From a virus (Duplodnaviria > Caudoviricetes): 64,000 bases of DNA. The DNA lies in IMG/VR virus record IMGVR_UViG_2898545487_000004, positions 879 to 64,878 of that record. One strand, 5' to 3'. Below the pieces are notes generated by a model. The model had not been told where the DNA came from. It ran no database searches and saw only the letters and a program-made list of their open reading frames with translations. This document shows positions 46,052 through 56,562 of this stretch, in pieces (position 1 is the first letter of the stretch; each line of letters begins with the position of its first letter). Position numbers and translations under genes: made by a program.

Positions 46052-46281
46052 AACCTATCATCGCTCTAGGCGCACTTGCCGTTCTATGCGTCGCGGCGTT
46101 CTTCGCGCTGCTAAATCATTCTCCCATGCCGCGTATCGCCCATGGTGCGAATGAGTGCCGCGACCTGGCATTAGGTGACTGCCTTGAAAAGAAACGCGTC
46201 GATCGGAATCGTGAGCGTTACGCTAAGGCGATGCGCGCTGAGCTCAGCGAGTCCGAACGCGAGCAATACGGTTTCGAGTAA
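46048..46281 (+). CDS. Exported/membrane-anchored hypothetical protein
   Basis: Signal/TM N-terminus, two Cys; coupled to the lipoprotein gene. Confidence 0.6.
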   Translation: MKPIIALGALAVLCVAAFFALLNHSPMPRIAHGANECRDLALGDCLEKKRVDRNRERYAKAMRAELSESEREQYGFE

Positions 46282-46331
46282 GGAACGCCCCGCCGCGACC
46301 ATGTCGCCGACGCGTCGGCTTCGACTGACAC

Positions 46332-46355
46332 AAAAAACCCCGCACGATGGCGGGG
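46332..46355 (-). terminator. Intrinsic terminator for leftward transcripts
   Basis: Minus strand CCCCGC-catcgt-GCGGGG-TTTTTT. Confidence 0.8.
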
Positions 46356-46383
46356 CTTAGTGACTGTAGGCGGTGGCGCGGCT

Positions 46384-47625
46384 CTATCTCCCGCGTATCA
46401 CCTCGAGCAATGCCAGCCATAGCGGCAAAGCGATTATCAGGCACGCAACCAGAAATATGCGACCCCACTGGTCGACGCGCGCCGCGGCTAGTGCTTTCTG
46501 TTCAGCTGTCGCGCCTTTCGACGCGATCCAGGCGAGACCGACAACTAGGGCGATCATCATTAGCATGGCCGGTTTCATACCGCCTGAAGGACGTTGAAAC
46601 CAGCATCACGCAAGCAGCGATCCCAAGTCCGACCATCGTCCTGAATCAGACTGAAACGAAACACGCTTATATGTGCTTGGTTCTGAGCTTTCGATTTTGT
46701 GCCTCTTCCTGGAATATCCGTATCAAGTTTCCGCGCTGCCGCTTCCACCGCGGCGCTCGCCTTGTCATAGCCACCGCCGTCGGCATGTCCGCGCACCATT
46801 TCAACGCCTATCCAGTGGAGATAAGCAGTAACGCGTCCCGATGCGCCGAATTTCATCGCCACGGTTGCGACGCACTCGCCATCCTTCAGGATGACATGTG
46901 CAGAAACTTGCGCGAAGGCAGCGTCATGCTGCTCGTAAATCCGAGTCATAATCAAATATCCCCTTGTAATTCAGCCGCGATCACGCGCGCCGCGATCGAA
47001 GCGACGGCGACGAATCCGGCCAGTGAAATCAGATGAATGCCGGTCATCACGAGTGACCGACGATCGGGAAGATGACGCGTCCGCGGCGGCGCAATTCCGC
47101 CCATGGGTCGCGTATCTGGTAGTCAGGGAAGCCCCATATCGGGCACCCTTCCCCGTCCCATGCGCGATTTTCCTCAGCGTCCCATGTCAATCCGCAGCTG
47201 AACGCCGGCATGTCGGTGAGTCCGAGCATTTCAGGCGGGACAGGCTCGAGTCCGTTGCCGCCAATGTTCTCGCAAACCTCGGACTCCGCGCGGTAATACC
47301 CGCCGTCTGCCGCCGCGCTTGCCAGATCCGCGCGCCCGGCATTCGAGGCGGTGAATAGCAACCCCGCATCGGTGATGCGGGCGGCGATATAGTTGTTTCC
47401 CCATATCATTGCGTGATTCCTACTCGTTTCACGTGATTAACTGGCAGGCCGGACGCGCCGAACGGTAACGCCGCCCTCTTCGCCACAATTGAAATGCCAC
47501 CCGGCCCCGTTCTTGATCATCTCGCGGACTTCGCGCCGCGTTTCGGCGGCCGACATGTTGCGCGGTACGCTGACGGTAACATTCATGGTCACCTGCTTGC
47601 GCCGCTTGTCCCACTCTCTATACAT
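46384..47625 (-). CDS. Cluster of four small hypothetical genes (46384..46578, 46575..46955, 47047..47409, 47437..47625)
   Basis: Co-oriented ORFs; 46575..46955 has the GGGYDKASAA motif common in phage early genes. Confidence 0.6.
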
Positions 47626-47649
47626 TACAAATCTCCCGTTTCGCGTGAT

Positions 47650-48372
47650 TTATGCCGAAACCAGCGCGGCCAATCTCGTTCCCATGGCGACCGCGGCGGC
47701 GCGCGCTGCAGCATCGCATTCATCAAGATAATCGTTGGCGGTTTCGGTCAGATAGTCGCCAGCGTCGGACTCGATACCCCATAGAGCATGGTCGAATTCG
47801 CCGGTTAGCGGCAGATCCTCTACGAACGCTTGCACGGCGACACCGGCATATTGCCATTGATCATCGCACCATTTCCGCAAGCGGTCATAGTCTGCCATGG
47901 CAGCAGCTGCAGCGTATTGACGCGGTGTCATGGTCGCGCGGTGCGCGTCATGTAGAGCGGCGACCGCTTTGCTTTCGCTGTCGAAGCCGCCGACGTTGCA
48001 GCCGGGCGCATGCCCGTTGCCAAACCAAGCATACCACTTGCCGCCGCTATTCTGTAATGCTGTCATGGGATCGGGGATGTAACCCCACCCGTCGCGCCGC
48101 GCGATCTTGCACGCTTCAGCAAAGTCATAGAAGCGCGCCCGACCATGGTAGACGCTGCCGCCATCGTCGCACAATTTGAGATCGCCCGGCGCCTTATCGT
48201 ATCGTCCCGCATAGTTGCGGGCCCGCCAATCCGACACCGGACCATGCCCGTCTTCGCGCTCCCATGGTGGCGTCATATCGTCATCGGCGTGCAACGTAGC
48301 AACGAAACGGATTCCGCCCCGCTCGCATTCGATCGTTTCGCCAGAATAGCCGCTGAATCTATCGGTAAACAT
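47650..48372 (-). CDS. Conserved phage hypothetical protein
   Basis: DDDMTPPWEREDGHGPVSDW...RYDFAEAC...WQYAGV. Confidence 0.75.
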   Translation of the reverse strand: MFTDRFSGYSGETIECERGGIRFVATLHADDDMTPPWEREDGHGPVSDWRARNYAGRYDKAPGDLKLCDDGGSVYHGRARFYDFAEACKIARRDGWGYIPDPMTALQNSGGKWYAWFGNGHAPGCNVGGFDSESKAVAALHDAHRATMTPRQYAAAAAMADYDRLRKWCDDQWQYAGVAVQAFVEDLPLTGEFDHALWGIESDAGDYLTETANDYLDECDAAARAAAVAMGTRLAALVSA

Positions 48373-48391
48373 CGTCCCTACCCTTTCCGAA

Positions 48392-48442
48392 TCACGTCTA
48401 ACGTGAGTTTATCTTAAACCTAATAACTCACGTTTCAAGTGT
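48392..48442 (-). promoter_or_regulatory. Operator pair upstream of 48372
   Basis: TCACGTCTAACGTGA (48392-48406) and TCACGTTTCAAGTGT (48428-48442). Confidence 0.75.
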
Positions 48443-48446
48443 TATT

Positions 48447-50470
48447 TCACCCTATCAGTGACTCTATCAGCCATGAATCCATCCCGATCGCCTCGCGCGG
48501 CAGCGATCCGCCATTGACGCAACGCGCGCACGCGCCTGTTGACACGTATCGGACGCCATCGGCATGACCATGGCGGCAACTGGCGCCGGTGTAATATTTC
48601 AGGCGGGCACGGCGTGCCTGGTCGCGTGCGGGGGATTTGGGGCGGGCCATTATACCAGTCGTTCCCCGTCGCAGTACGCCTCGCCGGACGCGACACAACT
48701 GGTCTCGAATTCATACGCGCTCCACCAATCATCGGCGAGGTGATATTGGCGAGCGTGACGTTTCAGCGCACGTCCCATTGCTTCATTCGCTTCGGACTCC
48801 GTGCTGCCGTAGGTGAGGAATTCGAAGTTTTCCGTTTCCAGACGAACAATCCAGATCATGCTGCTGTCACCTTCGTTACCGTAGCGTGCCGCGGCAAATC
48901 GAATTCACCCCTATCGGTGACCAGTAACAGCATGTTGCCTGGCCGATTATGGACGTCGACAACGCGGCGCGGGCCATGGAATAAGATGCGATCGCCGACT
49001 CTCAGGTCGCGGACTAGAGTTTGCATATCATGACCTCTCTCTCTATCTCAATGAACCGTCGCCGCGGTCATCTCGCGGCATATCAGCGCGTCAATAGCCC
49101 GAGCGCGCTCCGCGACGTTCGACGGGATGACGGGCGGCGCTTCGCCGGCCCCGAGCAACAATTCAGGCTCTTCCAACATCGTCATGATCCAGGCGACATC
49201 AAACCAATCGTCGAATTCGGAGTCCCTCATCCCGTCGATATTCATCGGGAACGTGAGGCGGGCGGCGAGCTCGCGCGTCATGGGGTCGGTGTAGGTCATC
49301 GGATGTTCTCCCTATTCATCTTGTCCGCGACGCGTTGCGCCGCTTCCCATGACCGGAACAAGCGCAACCGCCCGCCCTTCCCTTCGGACTCCAAAAACGT
49401 CACTCCGGTTGCCGCGACGCGCTGATAATCAGGGTGGGGTGGGAAGAATTGACGCGTAACGCGCCACCCTTTCGGATGGCCGCTGCTCGCCTTCCATTGT
49501 CCATGGTAGAGCGCGTCGGCGAGAGTCATGGCGGGGCGGTTCAGAGCGGCGCTCACGTCGCCGACTCCTGCCCGACGATGTAAAGCGCGCCATCGTCGCC
49601 GACATATGTCTCAAGCGACGGGTGGCGCGCGACCAGGTCCGACAATGCTCGGCCGATGCGGCGATTCAGGTCGCGGTCATCACAAGCCCATATGTCGCGG
49701 TCGCGAAACCCTGCACCATGGCCGGCGCGTTCGAGATACAGATCGCTGCCGATTTGCTTGCGAACATGATTCCATGCCTGATTGCAAAACGTCGCCAGAT
49801 TGACGTCATCGGTTACGTTCACCGCGCGCGCCGCAGTTATAAACTGGTCGCATTCCGCGATAACAGCGCGCAATGTCGCGTCGGGGCAATCGTATATTGT
49901 GCCGGTGTCGCGCGCTTCGCGTTCCTCGCTGCACGCTTCGTCCGCTTCGCGGTATTGCGCGTCCTGCAGCATGGTGGAGAGGAATCCCTCGACCATGGGA
50001 TTGGCGCTGAATATATCTTGCCTTTCGGCATCCGGACTTCGCATCTCAACGATTCCTTTCAATCAGCCCGCAGCCCGCGGGAAAATCAGACGAGTCCATC
50101 GCGAACAGGTCGCCGCCGGCGCCGTCGCATTCATGGGCGATGAATTTCGGGATTGGCGGCGTTGCGGCGATCGACACCGCTAAGAGGGTGACGGCGACGC
50201 CAGCGGCTAGGCCGGTGAGGTAGTAGCGGATCATTGATCCACCTCCCTCACGCCAACAGCGACAATCGTATTCCCGCTGCGAAACGTGCGACCAGTCGCC
50301 ATATGCACGGCCATGATATCCAGCTGCTCGGCGACCATGCGGTCGCGGCTTGCTTCGCTGACACAGTGAGCGATTGACGCCGTGCCGTCGCTAAGTTCGG
50401 CGATGACGTGATACTTGACGCGCTCGAAAGTCCTCCGGAGTACGGCGGGCGTATTGTCGGGCAGATCCAT
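48447..50470 (-). CDS. Cluster of small early-type genes (48447..48650, 48650..48859, 48856..49026, 49048..49299, 49296..49556, 49553..50062, 50046..50234, 50231..50470)
   Basis: Chain of co-oriented ORFs with start/stop overlaps; 48447..48650 has a YYTGASCRHGH...CARC Zn-like motif. Confidence 0.6.
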
Positions 50471-50505
50471 CGTTATTCCCCTTCATGGGTGACCCGCTGC
50501 GCGAA

Positions 50506-50562
50506 TCACTTTTGACGTGATTTACCTTAGGACCGCCGCGTGAATAGTCAACTCTCGCGTGA
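50506..50562 (-). promoter_or_regulatory. Leftward-arm promoter with operators
   Basis: TCACTTTTGACGTGA (50506-50520); TCAACTCTCGCGTGA (50548-50562) overlaps minus-strand TTGACT. Confidence 0.72.
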
Positions 50563-51013
50563 GTTTTTTTGGGAGTAAATCTTAGGACGCGTCGACCATG
50601 GTGCGGCGCCAGCTGGCGCCGCTGCAGGCGACGGCGCTTCATCCGTCATTCTAAGTTTTACATGGGCGGGAACGTGAGGGGCGGCGTGCCTGGCCGCTTC
50701 GGGTGACGTGTTGTGGTGATACAGTTTAGCTTAAATCAGGTGTATTAGTTGCACGATACAGTTTAGCTTAAAATAACGCAGTTGTATGACAACTTTGTTT
50801 TAACTTAGACACGCGACTCGTGACATATCGGCTCTAAGGTTAACTCATTTGTCAAGTAAAATCAGCACCTTGGGTCCCTCTCAGCGAGTGCCGGCAGGGC
50901 GAGTGGCGCTGAGCCCCGGTTTCGGACAGTTTTCATTTAAGCTAAATAGGCTTAGAGTTTACCTTAGGAACGGACGACATGGCTCATAAGTCGTTGATAT
51001 TGCATCGGAAAAA

Positions 51014-51364
51014 TCTTGTTCCAGATCTTGTTCCGTTATTTCCGTTTGATTTCAGTAATTTAAGCTAAACTGGAACAAGGGCCTAATTCTTGTTCCACGT
51101 TCTTGTTCCAAATTTTTTGCGGTTTTTCAGCCATTTGAGCTAGGTGGAACAAGAATCAGCCATTTTTCCCTAGAAACTATCCTTGGGGGTAAATGGAGCG
51201 ATCAATGGTAGGTATCGACGAAGCACGAGACAGAAAAAACGTTCTGCGAGACGACAAGTCTTTAGGAAAAACGGCCTGTTCCAGTTCCACTTGGCGCAAC
51301 ACGTTGAAACTACTTCGAAATTCTGGAACAAGAAGGTGGAACAAGAATTTTCGATCTTGTTCCA
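51014..51364. repeat. Iteron-like (T)CTTGTTCCA repeats, 10 copies in both orientations
   Basis: Forward 51014, 51026, 51088, 51101, 51275, 51355; reverse 51071, 51145, 51324, 51337. Confidence 0.88.
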
Positions 51365-51543
51365 GTTCCACCCTGAATTTGCTACTAAGTTTTATTCGGA
51401 GCCCGAAATTAGCGCCGCGGCGTTCTAAGGTTTATTCGCCGATGATCGCGCACCTAGTTGAGCGTCATCTAAGATTTATCCACCGAGACACGTCGCGCCG
51501 TTTCTAAGTTTTATTCCGCGGTGCGGTCGATGGTCGCTCGGGA

Positions 51544-51618
51544 TCACGATGCGCTTGAGTGCGTCGCGCTATCACGCGAGACGTGTTGACTCCAATTGCA
51601 TACTCACGTATCAGGTGA
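51544..51618 (+). promoter_or_regulatory. Rightward promoter with three operators
   Basis: TTGACT (51586-51591)-17-TATCAG; operators 51544-51558, 51572-51586 and 51604-51618. Confidence 0.75.
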
Positions 51619-51645
51619 TTCTATTTCCACGGGAGGATCGCCGAC

Positions 51646-52505
51646 ATGGAAGACGCCACTGCTCGCATCACCCGCATCCACGTCACGCGGATATACGAAA
51701 GCTGCGAGCGCATCACGTTCTTCGTCCAGGTGACGACCGACGAGGGTTTCGAGATGACGGTCGTCAGCCACGCGACTGGCTCGATCTACACCGACGGCAA
51801 AGGTCTCACCGTCGACGAGGCACGCGACCGCGCACTGACCGACGCGGCCGATTGGGGCGACTTCCTGCGGATCGCGCCAGACCCTTTCCTGGTCGACGGG
51901 TACATCGTCGATCCGAAGTTGCGGTTCGAGCGATTCACGACGCGGCGAGTACTGGCTGAGCGTCGCGCGCAGAAGCAGACCAATGTCTGACCTGATCACC
52001 CTATTCCGCGACATCTTCATGACCATAGGCACGATCGCCACCGGCCTCACGCTGCTGTGGCTCGCCGCATTGGTCGTGCAGGTCTGCCGGGCGATATTGC
52101 GATGAATCACCCTCATCACATCATCTGCCAGCGTGTCGGGATGAGCTATTGCCCAGACCGGGCAGGCAACGACACCGAAGTCGTGCGACTGGCCGAATGC
52201 GTACGCATGGTCGACAAGATCAAGAGCAATCCGACAGCCGTCGCCGATGAGATCACGCGATATCTTAACGACCTAGAAGAGAACCCATGACCGCCAGATG
52301 CGCGACATGCCGCTTTCGACACCCTGACCTACGGCCCGGCTACGAAGGCGCAGGCGAGTGCCGCCGCTTCCCTCCGACTCTGGCTGTGTGGACCATGACA
52401 GGCCACGAGCAACCATCACAACCCGGTTTCGAGCAACATTTTCCCTGGATGCAGGCCGACGCTTGGTGCGGCGAGCATCAACCCTCAGGAGACCCCGTGA
52501 CATGA
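51646..52505 (+). CDS. Four small hypothetical genes (51646..51990, 51983..52105, 52102..52290, 52287..52505)
   Basis: Coupled overlaps; the last is Cys-rich (CATCRF...ECRRFPP...WCGEH). Confidence 0.65.
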
Positions 52506-53149
52506 CCGCCATAGCCGCCATCACCCACAACGGCGTCGTCACCATGGGAGGCGACAGCGCGAGCGTCGGGGATTCACACTATCTCAAGCACAGCGCGACG
52601 CCCAAGGTGTTCGAGGTCGGCCCGTTGTTGATCGGCTACACGTCATCCTTCGCGATGGGACATGCGCTGCAGCATCGCCTGACGTTCAGCGTCGAAGAGA
52701 TATCGGACATTCCCGCGGCGAACGACGCCGCCGCGCTCGACAAGTGGATGGCAACGATATTTGCCGACAAGGTCCGCGCGTTGATGCGTGAGGTCGGCTT
52801 CATGTCGAACGACAAAGGTGCAGAGCGCGGCGGAACGTTCCTGGTCGGCCTCAAAGGGCATATTTATTGCTTCGACTCCGACTATCACGCGCTTCGCTGT
52901 CTAGAAGGTTACGCCGCCTGCGGGTCGGGCGTGACAGCGTGCATGGCGGCGTTGTGCGTGCTCACGAAGATTAAGCCGGCGCCGAGCGTGACGATCATCC
53001 GCACGAGCAGTCGAAAGGCTCGGCCGTTCGAGCCCCTGCCGGAAGGTGACATGGCTGTGGAAATGATCGAACTAGCATTGGAGGCAGCGCATTCGTGCGT
53101 GACGACGGTGCGACCGCCGTTCCATATCATTCAGGGAGGACGGGCGTGA
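52502..53149 (+). CDS. Ntn-hydrolase (HslV/proteasome-beta-like) protein
   Basis: Starts M-T-AIAAI...MGGDS, PKVF, IGYTSS, ACGSG: N-terminal Thr nucleophile pattern. Confidence 0.72.
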   Translation: MTAIAAITHNGVVTMGGDSASVGDSHYLKHSATPKVFEVGPLLIGYTSSFAMGHALQHRLTFSVEEISDIPAANDAAALDKWMATIFADKVRALMREVGFMSNDKGAERGGTFLVGLKGHIYCFDSDYHALRCLEGYAACGSGVTACMAALCVLTKIKPAPSVTIIRTSSRKARPFEPLPEGDMAVEMIELALEAAHSCVTTVRPPFHIIQGGRA

Positions 53150-53457
53150 TTATCAATCCCAACATCATCTCCGAAGTCGCTGACACCCTGACGGACATCG
53201 AGACGCGTGCGATCGGCGAACTCGACACGTTCTACGGCCACGGCCCTGGACATCTCGCCTCCAACCTGCAGATTTCCATATCGGAAGCGCGCGACACTCT
53301 GCGCAGCCTCCGTGCTAAAGGGATCGTAGCCTTCGGTCACCTGATGGACGAAGACGAAGGCATGATGCGAGGCAAGGGTTACTGGCTCGACAACTTCGGC
53401 AAGGCGGTGCGCAAGTTCATCGGGTTGGACCCTTGCGACATGGTTGAATCTCGCTGA
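53146..53457 (+). CDS. Hypothetical (winged-helix-like) protein
   Basis: GTG start; EARDTLRSLRAKGIV...GKGYWL. Confidence 0.6.
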   Translation: MIINPNIISEVADTLTDIETRAIGELDTFYGHGPGHLASNLQISISEARDTLRSLRAKGIVAFGHLMDEDEGMMRGKGYWLDNFGKAVRKFIGLDPCDMVESR

Positions 53458-53536
53458 TTTCCTAATCGCGCCCGGCCATCCCGAACCCCGCGCAGCTCCT
53501 AGAGATTTTACCGATTTCCTCCCGGCCCCGGCCACC

Positions 53537-56077
53537 CTACCCGATCAACATATCCGCCATCATTTGCACCGCGCCCATGCGTCGATAAGTGCGCTGCTTC
53601 CCGTGCAGTTTGAAGCGGAACTGCTCATCGGATTTCTCCCATCCGGGGATGCGATTCATGCAGCGCCCGACCATCGCAGCCTTGGCAGCATCATACTGCT
53701 CCTGACGCCCGCCAAGACAGTCGATCCATATCTCCCGCAGACACGTCACGTCACGCGGCTGACCGTTCTCAGCGTCGAACACCCCTTCCGCAGGTATCGA
53801 CTTGTCGAGCCAATCGGCAATGATGCCAATGGTCGCATCGTCACTCGTCTCGACGCGCCGGCTTTCCTGCAGGTGCGACGCGATCGTGCGGGACATGGGG
53901 TCGGTGAGATATAGCGGCAGGATGCCGCGCGGCTGCTTCTCGCGCATCTGCCGGTACAGCGTGACCGCTTCGGCCCATATCTGGTCAAGGTTCGCCTCGA
54001 GCGCGCTGATGTCGATCTCGGAGACCGCACACATGACAGGCCAGAAGCGGCGCCCACCCGTGTCGTCCTTGAGATATTCGCGGTCATTGGTCGAACCGAT
54101 GAAGATACACTGGCGAGGGTATTCCCCTGCCCGCCTCGCGTAAGCCAGGCGCACGCGATCTTTCTGCCTGCTGATGAATGCCTTGATCGAGCGCACGTCG
54201 CCGCGGTTGAAGCCCGACAGTTCAGGGATCTCCATGATCCACGCGCCCTGCATCAGTTCGACCATCTGCTTCTGGTCGTGGAAATCACCGTCGAGTTCGG
54301 CGAACCAGCTGCGGCCGAGCGTCTGGATGAAGGTCGATTTGCGCTTCCCCTGAAGACCCTCAATGATCACAGCGAAGTCGAACTTGTGGCCGGGCTCATA
54401 AATCCGGGTGACCGCGGCGATCAACATGAGGCGCGCTATGTCTCGATTATAGGCGTTGTCGGTCGTACCCAGATAGTCGATGAACAGTCGCTCTGCGCGC
54501 GGTACACCGTCCCACTCGACCGATTCCAGATATTCCTTGATCGGATGGAACGGGTTGTTGTCCGCGGCGAGGACAATGGAGGATTTCAGGTCGCGATCAG
54601 TGACCTTGGTTGAATAGCCGCCTTGCGTCTTCGGCGCCTCGATCACGGAACGGATCGCGAAGTCGCGGTCATCGCTCCACAGGTCGCCGTTGATGCCGTC
54701 GCGGACGGTCCACATGCGACCTTGAAGCTGTTTCACCGGTTTTGCGGCGCGGGCGCGCTGGAACATCTTACCTGGTTCGCGGCGCTGCACCGTCTCATGG
54801 GTGAAATCGTTGAGTTGCGGCACGCCTTCGAAGCGCGGATCGTTCTTCAGGATGAGTTCGACGTTGTGGAGCGTCGAGCGCAGTCCCCCTTCCTCGTTGA
54901 AGTCGAGCAGCGAGATCCAGTCGAGGTTGCGCGGCTCGTCGTCATCAGCGCCGCCGTCAAGCGCCGCCAACGTCTCCTTGATATCGTCCTCGGTGACCGC
55001 GTCGTCGTCGGATTTGGCTTCGGGATCGGTGTCACCCGAGGCAAGGAACTCGTCGAGATCGCCAGATTCGTCATCCGCATCGTCGAAAGCCGTCGAAGGC
55101 TCGAGATCGTCCAGATCGGAACCGGCGAGCAGCATGTCGGTGATTTCGGACTTGCGCTGGTCGATGATCCACGCGCGAACCGACGCCATCGTGACCGGCG
55201 CGCGGCGGTTCCGCCCGAAGCTGCGCCACTTGCGCGGCATTTCGCGTGCATCGAATTTTTCGCTGCGCTGACTGTGCTTGAGCCAGAGGTCGTAACCTTC
55301 CTGCGCGCCTCCGAATTGGTGGTGAAGCGCCTGACCGAGCGTCACCCAGTCGTGATAATCGTCGATCCTGGCATCGGAGAGCGCGTCCAGTTCATCTTCC
55401 AACTGACCGGGTTTATAGGAAAGGGGTTCGCGGGTCTCGAAGCCATAGGTTTCCTCGTGCGCGACGGTCAGTTTCTCGAGTCGCTCGGTGCTGATCGCAG
55501 GAGACACGCCGAGTTCGAGCATGTCGAGATCGAATGGACGTTTCCAGGTGTAGCGTTCGCCCGAGTCGGGGTGAATCGAAGGGGGCATCGCGACCTGTTT
55601 GTCGGTGCCGAAAATCTCGATTTCCCAGTCATAGTGCCACTTGCCGTTGGCGCTGCGATGTTTCCCCTCAGAGACGGCGATTTTGCGGCTGCGATAGGAG
55701 CGGGAGCAGGTGAAATACAGGTGGCGCGATGCACCTCCACTGCCCGACTTGACGCATGGCAGCGTGTCGAGCGCGACATCGGGGAATAGTTCGCGCAGCT
55801 TGTTCCATGCCTCTGTGGCGAGCTGGGGCACGCGAATGTCGACGTCGATGACATGGAGATACGTGCCGTCGACCAGGCGAGACGGCTCACCGAGACGCAC
55901 ACCGACGTTCAGGTCGGGATTGTAGGTTTCGCGTAACCTGTCGAATGTTGGGGGATCGATGCTCGTCCAGCGGTTCTCGACAGGCTTTTTTGTGCGCGGT
56001 CGCAGCCAGTGGATCGCGAAACCCGCGGCGCGAAACGGCGCAATAGTCGTCAGAATATCTTGGCCGTCGTCAGCCAT
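53537..56077 (-). CDS. Bifunctional primase-polymerase / PriCT_2 / VirE-family helicase
   Basis: LNVGVRLG, IDVD, HLYF, PPSIHP; DDYHDWVTLGQALH; EGLQGKRKST, EIPELSG, RLAYAR, GSTN, GGRRFWP. Confidence 0.93.
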   Translation of the reverse strand: MADDGQDILTTIAPFRAAGFAIHWLRPRTKKPVENRWTSIDPPTFDRLRETYNPDLNVGVRLGEPSRLVDGTYLHVIDVDIRVPQLATEAWNKLRELFPDVALDTLPCVKSGSGGASRHLYFTCSRSYRSRKIAVSEGKHRSANGKWHYDWEIEIFGTDKQVAMPPSIHPDSGERYTWKRPFDLDMLELGVSPAISTERLEKLTVAHEETYGFETREPLSYKPGQLEDELDALSDARIDDYHDWVTLGQALHHQFGGAQEGYDLWLKHSQRSEKFDAREMPRKWRSFGRNRRAPVTMASVRAWIIDQRKSEITDMLLAGSDLDDLEPSTAFDDADDESGDLDEFLASGDTDPEAKSDDDAVTEDDIKETLAALDGGADDDEPRNLDWISLLDFNEEGGLRSTLHNVELILKNDPRFEGVPQLNDFTHETVQRREPGKMFQRARAAKPVKQLQGRMWTVRDGINGDLWSDDRDFAIRSVIEAPKTQGGYSTKVTDRDLKSSIVLAADNNPFHPIKEYLESVEWDGVPRAERLFIDYLGTTDNAYNRDIARLMLIAAVTRIYEPGHKFDFAVIIEGLQGKRKSTFIQTLGRSWFAELDGDFHDQKQMVELMQGAWIMEIPELSGFNRGDVRSIKAFISRQKDRVRLAYARRAGEYPRQCIFIGSTNDREYLKDDTGGRRFWPVMCAVSEIDISALEANLDQIWAEAVTLYRQMREKQPRGILPLYLTDPMSRTIASHLQESRRVETSDDATIGIIADWLDKSIPAEGVFDAENGQPRDVTCLREIWIDCLGGRQEQYDAAKAAMVGRCMNRIPGWEKSDEQFRFKLHGKQRTYRRMGAVQMMADMLIG

Positions 56078-56104
56078 CGGCCACCACCCTCAATCGAACG
56101 AGAA

Positions 56105-56404
56105 TTATTCGCAGAACTCGTAGAATCGTTCGAGCGCGGGAGGGGTGGCGGCGATTGCCTGAAGGGCCGCGATATTGGTCGGCGCGTTACAGAGACGATG
56201 CAGCGTTCGCGCGTTCGTGGGCGTCACCACGCCTCGGCGCAGCCACTTGTAGATGCCTTCGGCGGTCAGGCCGACATCCTTGGCGATTCGAGGCACGTCC
56301 AGCAGGCCGCGTTTTGAGCGATATGTGGGGAAATTCTCGAAGAGAAAGCGATAAAAGGGCTGATCCCGCCATGGGTCGCGACCCTGTATTTCGGTGCTGT
56401 GCAT
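56105..56404 (-). CDS. Small Cro-like HTH protein
   Basis: VPRIAKDVGLTAEGIYKWLRRG. Confidence 0.72.
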   Translation of the reverse strand: MHSTEIQGRDPWRDQPFYRFLFENFPTYRSKRGLLDVPRIAKDVGLTAEGIYKWLRRGVVTPTNARTLHRLCNAPTNIAALQAIAATPPALERFYEFCE

Positions 56405-56455
56405 AGGCTGCTCCGGTGAAAGATGATGGCGTGGTAAACCTGATTGGAATAGAAA

Positions 56456-56489
56456 TCAACCGAGACGTGTTGTTTCACGTTTCAGTTGA
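56456..56489. promoter_or_regulatory. Degenerate operators in the divergent cro/replication promoter region
   Basis: TCAACCGAGACGTGT (56456-56470) and TCACGTTTCAGTTGA (56475-56489). Confidence 0.55.
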
Positions 56490-56562
56490 TTTTAGTCGCG
56501 CGATGTGGTGAAACGCGGCGACTCGCATGGTGCGAGCCGTTACCGCACAAAGGGACACGAAC

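Larger units (their letters stand above)
50471..51645. other. Non-coding, AT-richer, repeat-dense region between divergent arms: candidate replication origin and cos site
   Basis: Two interleaved repeat families, a 20-bp palindrome, operators at both edges, no credible ORF. Confidence 0.7.

Noticed and set aside
47422-47436. Additional operator ACTCGTTTCACGTGA
   Set aside because: Two mismatches in one half-site; plausible by position but not counted
51014-51364. GTTC/GAAC repeats in the origin region as LexA boxes
   Set aside because: Spacings are 3, 8 or 9 nt rather than 7
50391-51548. Short ORFs in the control region (50391..50642, 51177..51371, 51183..51428, 51193..51507)
   Set aside because: Built from repeat DNA, overlapping in several frames, no RBS or recognisable motif
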